64,000 bases of DNA, taken from the NCBI GenBank assembly GCA_010093605.1, contig MU004200.1, forward strand, positions 62,001 to 126,000. Direction: 5' to 3'. A model generated the notes under the pieces. That model ran no database searches. It was not told the origin of the DNA and saw nothing but the letters and a program-made list of their open reading frames with translations. The position numbers and the translations under genes were made by a program. Origin of the DNA: Lophium mytilinum. Its lineage: Eukaryota. Positions 38,121 to 49,920 of the stretch are shown here, piece by piece. Within the stretch, counting starts at the first letter, position 1; each line of letters opens with the position of its first letter.

Positions 38121-38537
38121 TGTGAGATGGCAGGGTTAAGAAGACCGGAGGTGTGGATGGGAAACTTTTAGGATGATATTGAGATGGACTGTCATCGACT
38201 TCCGCATATTTGCGGCCCGAGCGTTCGGGTTAAGCTGCAGTCACGTGATGTATAGCTTGCGACAGCCAATGGAAATGCTGCTAAAGTAATAGGCGACGAA
38301 AATGTTAAAGGAGACGTCAGCCTGTCGAAGAGAAGTCGATGTTTCTCGCCGGCATGTCTGATATTCAAAGCACATGGTTTTACGCAGTCGAGGATCATAT
38401 TAAACAAAAGTAAAGACTGGTATCATTCCTAGATATCCTACATCTCCCCCCCCCGAGAGGCAAAACTCATATATACAATTGCCCAACATCCCCCCTACAA
38501 CCATCTCAAAACTCCTTTGCCATAAGAGCATCATCCC

Positions 38538-40561
38538 TTAGCACACAGTCTTATAAATCTTCTTCCACCTAGGCCATTGAGCTTGAATCGCCCTCTCCTC
38601 CGCCAAAATCTCCGCCAAATTCAACTCCCGTCTACCGGACGTAATATCCATATCGCTGACACGCTTGAATTTTGTCTTGAAAATGACTTTATAGATGATG
38701 TACATGAGCACCACAATCGGGAACGCAAGATAAGCCTCGAAGAAGTTCTGAACGCGCTCTCCAGCGGTCATATCAGCGTATCCGACTGGGGCAAATCCGG
38801 TCCAGAACTGCGCGATGAGAATGAGGATGTTGAAGATCAGCCCAGCCCATGAGCCCCACACGGTAGCCTGGGATTTGAATGCGAGTTCGTCGAGGGTGTG
38901 TCCGTGGTACTTCCACGCCGCGCGGAAGCGAATGTGGCACAGGCAGATCGACGCCCAGTTAAAGATGGCAGCCAGACCGGAGATGGCTAGCATCCAGTTA
39001 AAGGCTTGCGTACGGGTGTCAGTGCCCGCAGCAACGATGTAGCAGATGAAGCCAAACACTGAGGAGAACAGAATAGCCATGAGAGGACGCCCAGAGCGAT
39101 CGATGTAGCCAAGGAACTTAGGAGCTTGTCCGCGGTCCGCAAGGGCTGCGAGGGTGCGCGAGGAGCCGTATATGGAGGAGTTGCCGACGGAGAGGACGGC
39201 GATTAAAATCACTACGTTCATAATGGAGGGCACGACCTTGATGCCGGCGTTGTTGACAGCGATAACGAAAGGTGATGCATTGGCGTCAGATGATGAGGCG
39301 CCGATCAGGTGTGGGTCGTCGTAGGGGACGAGGCAGCCGACGATGGTGAGGGAGACCATGTAGAACTGGAGTTTTTTTGTTAGAAAAGGATTGCGTCAAA
39401 GTGAGTGAGAGTGCTTACGAGGCAAATACGCCAGAAGACCTGCTTCACGGCTGTGGGGAGCGTCTTGCGTGGGTTGTCGGTTTCAGCAGCACACAAACCG
39501 ACCAACTCAGTTCCGGCAAAAGAGAAGGCAGCCGTGACGAAAACGGAGCAGAGGCCCTTAAACCCGTTGTGGAACGCGCCGGGGTTGTACCAATATCCGG
39601 CTCCCATGTACGGCTGGCCAGAGACACCGCCGCAGTCGATGATGATACCGAGGATGCTATGTGAGGTCAGACATTTTCTAGTACGGTATAGAGAAGGTCT
39701 TACATGAAGCCAATCACCGCAGTAACCTTGATAATGGAGAAGACGAATTCAGCTTCTCCATATCCTCTCACTCCGAACAAATTGATGGAAATGATGACAA
39801 CAAGGAAGATGGTAACCCAAGCAGCTCCGTTGACGCTCGCGGCACCAGGCCAGTACGAGACGGTGATGGAAGCAGCTACAATTTCGAGAGGCAGGGTGAC
39901 TAGCCAGGAAAGAGCATAACTAGAAGCGAATTAGTTGCAGTTCGGTACCTCTATCCCTTTTCTCCAGCTTGACAGTATCTTTCTCATATCTCAGCTAGAC
40001 AGACAGACTTCGAATGTTGACTTACTTCCAGGCCATAGCAAACCCCCAAGCGGGGTCAATGAAGCGACTGGCGTATATGGCGAACGAACCCGCGACAGGG
40101 AAGGCCACAGCAAGTTCACCGAGCGCGTGGACAGTGCAGTACAGCATTATACCAATGAGACCATACGCAATCACCAACGAGGCTGGCCCGCCTGCCTGCA
40201 GAGCGGAGCCAGATCCAACGAACAGTCCCGTGCCTACCCCAGATCAGCATCGTGCCACGTACGGAGCGCCAAGGCGTGGTAGCAAAGAAGGGTCCGCACC
40301 AATTGAGCCACCAATAGCAATCATCTGCAAATGTCGGTCCTTCAGGGCCATCGAGAGCGCAGGCTCCGCGGGCGGCTGGTCATCGAGGGGTTTCCCCTCC
40401 TCGTCGGTGGCCTCGGTGACCATACGCGCATTGGGGTTCTTCTTGAAGCTGTCGGCGAAACGACTGAAGCGGGTGCCCGTCTTCGTCTCCTCAGTGTAGC
40501 CAGCGTCATATGCGGGGGCAGGGCTGCCGCTGCTGCTGACCTTCTCGATGTCCTTCTCCAT
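38538..40561 (-). CDS. Amino-acid permease (APC/YAT family, Gap1-like)
   Basis: LKDRHLQMIAIGGSIG, FVDPAWGFAMAW, FGVRGYGEAEF, AFSFAGTELVGL and SPFVIA; four introns. Confidence 0.92.
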
Positions 40562-41614
40562 GACGGGCAAAGGGTATAAGAGGTGGACGATTGGGGGGTA
40601 TAGGAACGAAACAGAGGGAAGTGATGGGTCACAAGTGTCCTACTCGCAGCACTACACCTGGGCTCTTGATATACATAACGGCCGGTGGTGGAGAGAGGCG
40701 CACTCGAAAGCACGCTTGGGCAGCTTCCTGCAACGTCCCCAGGTTACTGCCCGTTGTACGACCGGTGCAGGGTGGCTTCACGCTTGATAAGGAGCGAGGC
40801 CGGTGATGGGCTGGAAAAACCGTGCAGTACCCTCCCCCACACTTCACGATGCGGCTCGCAAAAGCCCTACGGGCGTGAGAACCAATCGCAGCTCCTGGCA
40901 GCGCTCGGTAGTGCCGAGATGCTTATCAGTTTTCGTTTGGATCTTCGATATGCGGCGCCACTACTGCTCAGGCGCGTCAGGCATGCATTGTGGAATCGTG
41001 CATGGCGGTAGCTACGGGACGAAGCCATGATGTCGGGCGCTCTTTCGCAATACTGGCCAAGCTCCGGCAGGCTCTGCCCTGGCAAGGCCGCGAGCACTGA
41101 TCGCTCCCGCGGGCCTCAGTGATGAAAAACGGGGGATGGAAAAATCTGCGACGAGAGCTAGAAGCTTTTGCGAAGCTCACCACCACGGTGCCCCCGGCAG
41201 CTTACGATGCGTGAATTGTACACCGACCCATAGAAATTCCCACGAAGCTCCCACGAAGCTCGCACGTCCGCTCTCGTCGGCATCTTACTCCGGGTAGGAT
41301 GCAGGACTGATCCAATGCGCCTCCGCAGTCCAAATGGCCACCTGGACTGTCACTAAACTTTGGATTCTTCTACCATTGTGCGCGCCGTGACGTCAACGGC
41401 GGAGCCGCTTTGCTTGGACGTTATGCTTTTCCTCATTCAGTGTAGTGTATGCGCGTTGGAGCCGCTGACGGGGATCGAAACGAAGATCGAGATGGCCATC
41501 GGGTCTAGCGGGCCAAGAGAGGAGGCACCACTGCAGCATGTCCTCGCGCTAAAATGACAAAACCCTTCGCGTACTGCGGCGTCGCGAACAGCCCTCTTTG
41601 CCAGGGTCCAACAT

Positions 41615-44600
41615 CCCTTCGTAAGTCACCTGCTAGCGTCGGTTCGTGCGCGTAAGCCGTAAGCCTGATACAACGTAGCACTATACAAGGGGCCTGGATT
41701 TCTTATTTATTAGCGTTTACTACTAAAGTTAATAATAGCTGCTTATAAAGTTATACTTAATATATTAAGAATCTTTAAAAAGCTATATATAGCTTAATTT
41801 TAATAGTATTAAGGCTAGAGTAGGCTTAAATTAAAGGCTACTATAGCCTTTCTATTTCTAATAGCCTTACTATCTAAACTTTATATAGTAGAGGCTTATA
41901 ATAGAGCTCTATATACTTCTTATAAAGAGAAATAAAGCACGCCTTATATTTAAATTATATTCTTAGTATTCTTCTCTATAAGGCTAGTATTATAGTAGCT
42001 TCTTTCTATCTATAATATAGGTAGGCTAGTAGTATATTTAAATTTTTATAGAACCTCTTAATTATATACCTATAGCTATATAGGCGTGTATCTAGAAGAA
42101 CTATATTCTATATAATATATAGCTAGAGGGCTATATAGATATAGGCTATATAATTTAGCTAGAATTAATCTAGTTTATATACCTTTAAGAATATTATTTA
42201 AAGGCCTATTCTATACTATAGCTTCTTACTATTCTCTAGTATTATTTAATAGCTAATTTAAATAAGATTCTATACTAATTATATATAGAATCTTCTATAT
42301 ACTATTAGTTTAGTACTTCTAGATACCTAGAATATAATTTTAGAGAGAATATAGGCGTTAATAATAGCTATATTAAGTATCTAGAAGAATAGTAGTATCT
42401 AGTTATATATATATATAATCTAGGTATTATAATAGCTATATAGCTAATTATAAATATTAATACCCTCTATCTAGTTATTATAGTTAATTAAAAGCTTTAG
42501 AAGATATAGAGATTTAAGAGAATTATTACTCTATATCTTAGTAACTATCTTTTCTAATTATGCTATATAACTATATAGGCGGCGGTAAAGAATATTATTA
42601 TAGTTAGATAGTTAAGTACTATAAGTAGTAGTTAGAAATCTTATAAGATTTTTATCTTACTATATAATTAAGAGAATCTTATTCTTAGTATCTAGCGCTT
42701 ATACTACTACTCTAGAGAATAGATTAAAAGAAAGCTATAACTTTACTTTATCTATAGCTTTATGCGCAGCTAGATAATATATAGAGTTAGACCTTATAGT
42801 ACTATAGATAGTAATTCTAATAGATTTAAGGGCGCTAAAGAGATTAATATTTATAAAATAGTTATTATAGTAGAGAATAAAGTACTATAGATAAATAGGT
42901 AGTAATATATAAAGCTTAAATATAGCCTTACTAGTAGTATTAAAAGTATAGTTAAGGGCTTAAGTATATTAAGAGAGGCTATATACTCTATTAAATCTAG
43001 AGGTAAACTAGAAGGCGTAGTAGTAGCTATATTAATAGAGAGAAAAGATCTTATAGCTCTTAAAAATAGGTTTTCTAGGTATCTTAATAGTGTAAGAGCT
43101 TTAGCTAGTAAAGCGCACTATTATCTTATTAATTAAAACTATAGATTTAGGTATAATATAGTATTAAAAGTTATTTTAGAGTATTATTATAAAGAATTAA
43201 AGCTTTTTAAATAGATAGACGCGTCTTAGCTATTTCTTAGCTATACTAGCGGCGCTAGATATAGATTAATTCTATAGTTTTAATTAGTTAGAGTATATAC
43301 TAAAAATAAGCTTAACTAGTTAAAATAATAGAAAGCTTACTTAGATACTACTACCTAGTAAGGTAATATTATAAGCTTTATACCTTAAAAACTTACTACC
43401 TAAATATAGAAATATCTTTTAATCTACTTTTATCTATAGTAGCTTATATATCTAGTAATTATATATAGTAGCTATTTATTCTTCTAATTCTATATATTCT
43501 CTATCTTTAGCGGCTAGAAGAGGCCTATATAGATAATAATTCTAATCTAAATTATTAGCTTACTAGCGCTAATATTTTTCTAGTTTCTTTTCTTTATACC
43601 TTTCTACTAGCTACTTAAATTCTTAACTCTAGTATATAGCTATATAGCTATATATATATTTATAGCCTTTAAATAATACTTAAAAAGCTTAAAAAAGAAT
43701 AGTAGGCTAAAGATATACTATAGTAACTTCTATCTAGTCTTATAACCTCTAAAAGTAACCTTATTAAAATTCTTAGCTATTTCTATTCTATCTCTTTATA
43801 AGCTTTCTTATTCTCTTACTATTTTTCTAGAGCTATAGGCGGCCTATATTATACTAGATAATATAGTAAATAGGCCTTAGAATATAGAACTTTCTTAGCT
43901 CTAATAGTAGCTATCTAGAGGCTTTTAGATAGCTTACTAGTAATAAATTTAAATAGAATCTTATTAACTTAGAGTATTAAATTCTAGCTAGTAAATATAG
44001 TAGGTAGGTTTTTAGTAAGTATATACTCTATATATAGTAACTTAGTAGTATTATTCTTCTTTTTATTAGGCCTATATAAAGAGGTAAACTTATTTAATTA
44101 ATATATCTCTATCTCTAGCTTCTTATCTTTCTTCTTAACCTTATTACTTACTAATAGCCTAGGCGGCTAGCTATTATAGAGATCTAACGCGGAAATATAA
44201 TTCTTAGAAATAATAGGCGGCTGCTAGGTAAGAGAAATAGGCGCACCTAGTATAGTATAGAGAGGGCCCTTTTTTAGTATAGTTTTTAGTACTTTTAGTA
44301 CTCTTTTAGGTGCCTTTTTTAGTACTTTTAGAGCTTTTAGTATACTAAGAGAGAATTAATAGCTAATAAGTATAATAAATAAAGAACTAGTATATAAAAT
44401 TAGCTATATAGAGTTTTCTAATAATATATAGCTATCTATAAGCCTCTAAGGCTATATACTATATTTCTAGATATTTTATATAATATATAGCTTATATGCA
44501 GCTTAATAGCTTACTTAATAGCTTTAAAAATAGAATATATTAATATTTTATTATTATAGTATATATAATTATACATTAGGCGTTAGTATTTTAGAGGTCT

Positions 44601-44703
44601 TAGTTTAGTAGGGGGCCCCTTATAAGCGCTGACTCCGGCTATAGACTAATGTAAGGCTAGGCTAGGGGCTTTAAAAGTGTATAAATTCTTGACTTTCTAA
44701 GGG
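41615..44703 (-). mobile_element. RIP-inactivated piggyBac-type DNA transposon, 3089 bp
   Basis: Very AT/TpA-rich block. TIRs CCCTTCGTAAGTCA (41615-41628) and reverse-complement CCCTTAGAAAGTCA (44690-44703). Reversing RIP transitions on the minus strand gives IDEMMVRFTGRS...KMPGKPI.EGYKIF, DNYFT...GI..CGTVR and YN..MGGVD..DQLRSYY. Confidence 0.85.
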
Positions 44704-47273
44704 ATCCTGAAACTTCTAAACACCTCGCCGCAACCCTCACTAGTGCCAGGGCATCGTGGCAGGGAAACAAGTTGGCTTTACAACTTCTCATGCCTCACCC
44801 CCACCATCTCACCACCACGAACTGCAGGGCTGCTTGAGGAGACACTAAGACCAGGTCCGTGCCTGTACTCTCCGAAGCAGAACTGTGGAACATCCTCTCG
44901 TGTGTGCGTACCAGTTCCCCGTCGTCTCCTGCCATGGGGCAACTCCGGCTCACTCCATAGGTGCCGGCCACGCCACTCCACTTGGACCCTGGGCAAGGTT
45001 TTGCTTCTTGCCTCCGGAGTCTGCGCGTTCTTTTGCGCGGCTCCTCGCGGCCTGCGTCGGGAAGGCGTCAGGCGTATAGGATAGGTTAAATTGGCTGCAT
45101 GCTGCTGGGCTGCATGGTGTTATTTTATGCCAACCTTGAGTGGAGAGTCTCTGGAATCCTTCTGGCTTGCATGCTGATGTGGCGCGTCTTTTTGGCTGCT
45201 AGTGTGTCTGGGCGTGGATAAGAGCTCTCCCAGCTGGCACACTGGCGAAAATTCCCAAAAACCCAGGCTACTGAGCTGAACTATCTGAGAAGAGCTTGCT
45301 AGTCCGGACGCAATTGAAAGGTACTGACTCGTTGGGACTAATCTAATGAGAAGATCTTGCTGTAGTAAAACTCCGATCGGAACAAGTGCTCCGAGTATGT
45401 TACCGAGGAGGCAAGTCGAACTCATCTTCATCTCAGTCAGACCGTCGTGCAACAGGCTTCCGCATGCTAGTCTAGGCCCAGTCAGTCTCAACACCTCTCG
45501 ACGTCTACAACTCGTAAACACACTTATGCTCCCCGGAATGCCAGCTGTCGATTCGACATGACGACCTACGTACGCCATTTCAACAACGCCACATAAGCCC
45601 ATCACGACATCTGGCTGCTATCTCCCTGTCCTAGCATTTAGAGGCGTTCTCGTCTTGCGGCCAGAGCAGTTCTTATCTCGGCGATCGCGGAGGGTTTGTC
45701 GGACTCAACTTTCAGATGTGTAGAAGGATAAGGAAGTGTTGCATCACCGTTGCGAGACGTGAGAAGGGGAGCTCAAGAGATGAGGTTCTAGAAGTGAGCT
45801 GCCGATGCCACGCGCTAATCTTGAACCCCGCGAATTAGTTGGGGATGCTCAAACACAACATTTGACTCCAGCGGCAAGCCTTTGTATCCTCTTCGGCTTA
45901 CTTATACCCGGCTAGCAGAATGTGAGGTACTTCAGTGCGCCACATGCTGAATTCTGCGTATGCCAATCGACCGTGCGTCAGGCCTCATCAAGGCATGAAA
46001 CGAATAACGCTGGTGAAGAGAAGTCCAATTCACGAACAACACTGCAAGGCGAAATGTATAATTCCAGTACTAAGCCATAAGTCTGGGCAGCTCAGTGCTA
46101 CTGTCTGTCTGCCACTTTTGGAAGCTAGACGACACTGCTGTCATGGATGTCGTTTAGTCAAGCATCAGCTTAGAATCACCCCAGCGAAAATTGATACCGC
46201 GCCTAGATTATGACAACCCCATGGGGAATCCTTAGCAGCGACAGAGTAGTGTGTACGGGCTTATGTCCTTTCACTAGGTGGCATGCATGTCACGTGATTG
46301 CACGTGATTTTTCATTTATTGAGTTGATATGACACTGTCTATCGAGGTTTTTGTGTTTCGCTACGCCAAGTAGATCGCGTTTCAAGTGATTTACAAAGTA
46401 CAATCGAAGGATGTCGTTAACTCTGGATTATCGAGGTTTGCGGAATTCCCTCGACACTACGCTCCTGCCTGAGATCTGAAATCTCTTCACCCTGGCGCCA
46501 ATATTTCTCCAGCCGTGCCTGAGATAGATTGAGAGCGCTTAAGGAGATTTTAGGAGTTGAGTAATGCGCCAAGCAGAAAAGTGGTGGAGATGTTTCACAC
46601 AGGGGATGTTCGCCTGATAACTCCACCTCTCATATTTCACAACCGAGTCATCGTCAGCAGCGCCCAGAACATCGAGCCGAACCTCTCATGGCACTGACTC
46701 TTATCTTACAAAATATTTACCTACTAAATCGTTGTTTATTTGGGTAGGTTGTTGACACCGTTGCTCAGAAACCTTGCATAGTCGAATTTCTCAATAGTCA
46801 TATTCCTTAGACGCCCTAGTTTCCTTGATCTCCAGCGCGATGGTATCATGAAAAATAGGCGGAAATTTGTTTGACCGCGGTCTACTGTTTCGTTTGACTT
46901 GAGTCCTAGCTGTCGATCAAACCGCCCGGCGCGACCACCGCAATTGGTCAATCCCGAGCAACTTCCTCACATCTCCGATTATAGAGGGTTTTAAGTTGAA
47001 CAGAGCGGAGTGGCGTCGTAATCATTGTTGTGCAATGCTAGAACGACAATGACTAGTGACAAGAATAGGCCTTGTATAAAGGCTGCAACTATGCTCTTTT
47101 CTCTCTCGATTACCACCTTGTTTTTGCATCTACATTCGTTCTCTCCGATTCTTCGTCTTTCATTCTTTTTTCTGTATTGACTTCATTGATTGAAGCTGGA
47201 ATACCTTCTCTTCTACCCATCCCACTGAATCCTTACGATTACATTCTTTCCCTCCAACAACCAGGCGTTCAGC

Positions 47274-48594
47274 ATGTCGCTCCTCCAAGTAGCTGCTCTC
47301 TTGAGCACCCTCGTCGCCTCCACGGCAGCCCACGGCCACGTATCCGGTATTGTCGCAGACGGTACCTACTACCAAGGCTACGACCCCAGTTTTCAGTACC
47401 AATCCACTCCTCCCGCTGTGGTCGGCTGGTCCTGCCCCGACTGCCTCGACAACGGCTTCGTTGCTCCGGATGCCTACGGCACCTCCAATATCACCTGTCA
47501 CAAAGGCGCTACCCCTGGCCAGGCTCACGCCACCGTCGCCGCCGGAGGAACTGTCGAATTGCAGTGGACAACATGGCCGGAGTCTCACCATGGCCCCGTT
47601 CTTAGCTACCTAGCGAAGTGTAGCGGGGAGTGCGAGAGCGTGGACAAGGACGACCTCTCCTTTTTCAAGATCGACGAGGCTGGCTTGATTGATGATACAA
47701 CGGTGCCGGGGAACTGGGCGACCGATGAATTGATTGCCAACAACAACAGCTGGTCGCTCAAAATCCCGTCCAGCATCGCAGCGGGAAACTACGTACTGAG
47801 ACACGAAATCATTGCCCTTCACTCTGCAGGCACCGCAGACGGGGCGCAGAACTACCCAGCTGTAAGCGCATAATCCACCTACCTGCAACACACTTGAACT
47901 AGATCTGACAGTCTTATAGTGCATCAACCTCGAGATTACAGGATCCGGCACCGACGCCCCCGCTGGCGTAGCTGGGACTAAACTCTACAAAGAAGACGAT
48001 GCGGGCATCCTCGTCAACATCTACCAGACTCTATCGTCCTACGCCATTCCTGGACCTACCCTGATAAGCGGTGCCGAGACCGTTTCGCAGACAGGCGCTG
48101 GGTCCTCTGCAACCTCTAGCGCTGTCGCCACGCCATCCACTGCTGCTAGCCCGTCGGCATCCGCATCTGCCACCGCTGCGGCTGTAAAAGCAAGCCCCAG
48201 TGCCTCCAGCTCAATCACCGTGGTTCCTACATCCGTCCTTGCGCTCTCGACCGCAGCGCCGGCCACACCAACCCCAACGCCTGCATCCACGCCAATCCCC
48301 CTATCTCCCAGCAGCCCACCCAGCACGTCCGACGCGGGCACTCCTACCACCGCAGTGCTCCCTGCGTTCACTGGCAACGGAAACTTCACGGCCTTGCCGT
48401 CCGGTCTCTTGACTAGCGTCCTGCCAACCGCTATCCCGACTGGCGCGGACAACTCCAGTGGCGAGCTTCCGTCTACTCCGCTTCCGGCGGGTATGACGCT
48501 GAAGGAGTTTTTGAGCTGGTTCAACTATATCATGCGCACCTACTTCAAGAAGGGGCAGGGCGAGAGGAAGCACCCACGCGATCTCGCGTACTAA
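47274..48594 (+). CDS. AA9 (GH61) lytic polysaccharide monooxygenase with a long Ser/Thr/Pro-rich C-terminal extension
   Basis: Signal peptide followed by His1 (HGHVSG); [29 protein letters not shown] and AQNYP; intron 47862-47919; no CBM1. Confidence 0.93.
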
Positions 48595-49252
48595 GAGTGA
48601 CTTAGCGGGCTGTGGTACGGGGGTGAGCGAAGGAAGGGAAGAGAGATGAAGGACGAGTGGGGGTTTGTGTTGGTGAGGAGAAAGTTGGAGAGGGAGATGG
48701 GTTCTTTTTGTATATACATTCTGGAGCTTTGATAAATAGGGGGATGGGGTTGTGAGTGCTTGTGTATATTGAGGCTAGAGAGAGTTGAAAGCAAAAAGCG
48801 GAATATAAGTTTTGTCCGCGTTCCTATGGCATTTCAGTTGGTCACGCACCATCGTTTGAGGACAGGACGACGGCACAGACTTCCAACTTAACTAATGCGT
48901 TGTCAGCTGAGTACTATGATGGGTTGATACTAATCGTAAGTCGGAAGAATGACGGTTAAACTCTACATTTGAGCGTTACGCCAGATCCATTCCGCCACTC
49001 TTTCTACACTGGATGAACACCCCGTCGGATCTGTTTTGCAATGCAGGAACATAAAGTTATACGAGTATAAGTAAGGGGGACGCGTGGCCCAGCTAACCGA
49101 ACCATGCTGACTTATCCCCCACGTGACCTACCATTCAGGCACCCATAAACTACATACAAACCTTGCCTCGCCAGAGAATAGCCCCTCAAGCTCCCTCCTT
49201 GCAGCCCTTCCCAAGTACCATTTCCCTCCCCCACCCTTCCCCTCCATCCACC

Positions 49253-49920
49253 ATGCCTACCCTCTCCACCCTCACCAACCTTGCCCCCTACCACTTCTTC
49301 ACCTATGCAACCCTTCTCGGCACCTCGCTCTACCAAACATTCGTCATGACTAAAGTCTGCTACAACGCCCTGCCAAGAAGGGCTTTTACGACTCTCAACA
49401 AGCACGTCTTTCCCGCTTATTTCCAGGGCCAGACCCTCCTACTCGCGCTCACCGCCGCGACCTTCCCGCCGTACGGCCTGCTGAGCTTAGGGCGGTCGGT
49501 GGCGGATCTGGCACCGCTAGCGCTGGCGGCGTCGATGGCAGCACTGAATCTGGTGAAGTATGGGCCGGCGACGCAGAGGGCGATGGTGGAGAGGGGGTGG
49601 CAGGGTAAGGGGGTGCGTTTTCTTAGAGCCTGGCTTGTGGACGTGAGCCTGGGGATGTCTGCGCGGCTTAGCATTTGTAACCCATGGATGGAGTGTTCGA
49701 AACGTGGTATGCGAAGGAAGATGGTGCGGTTTTGCTGATTTTGAGCACAGAGACACGCGATGGGAAGGAAGCGAGTGATCCGGATGTCAGTGACGAGATG
49801 CGGGTGCGGAAGAAGGCGTTTTCGCATTATCATGCGATGAGTATTCATTTGAATCTGGTGGCGATTGGCGCAACGGTATGGTATGGGGTGAGGCTGGCAG
49901 CGAAGCTGGATTTTGAGTAG
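49253..49920 (+). CDS. TMEM205/DUF4149-like small membrane protein
   Basis: PYHFFTYATLLGTSLYQTFV, ALPR..F..L...VFPAYF, and K.FSHYHAMSIHLNL after an intron at about 49604-49750. Confidence 0.8.

Noticed and set aside
46291..46309. Tandem CACGTGATT E-boxes
   Set aside because: Real but short, and about 1 kb from the nearest gene; no support for function.
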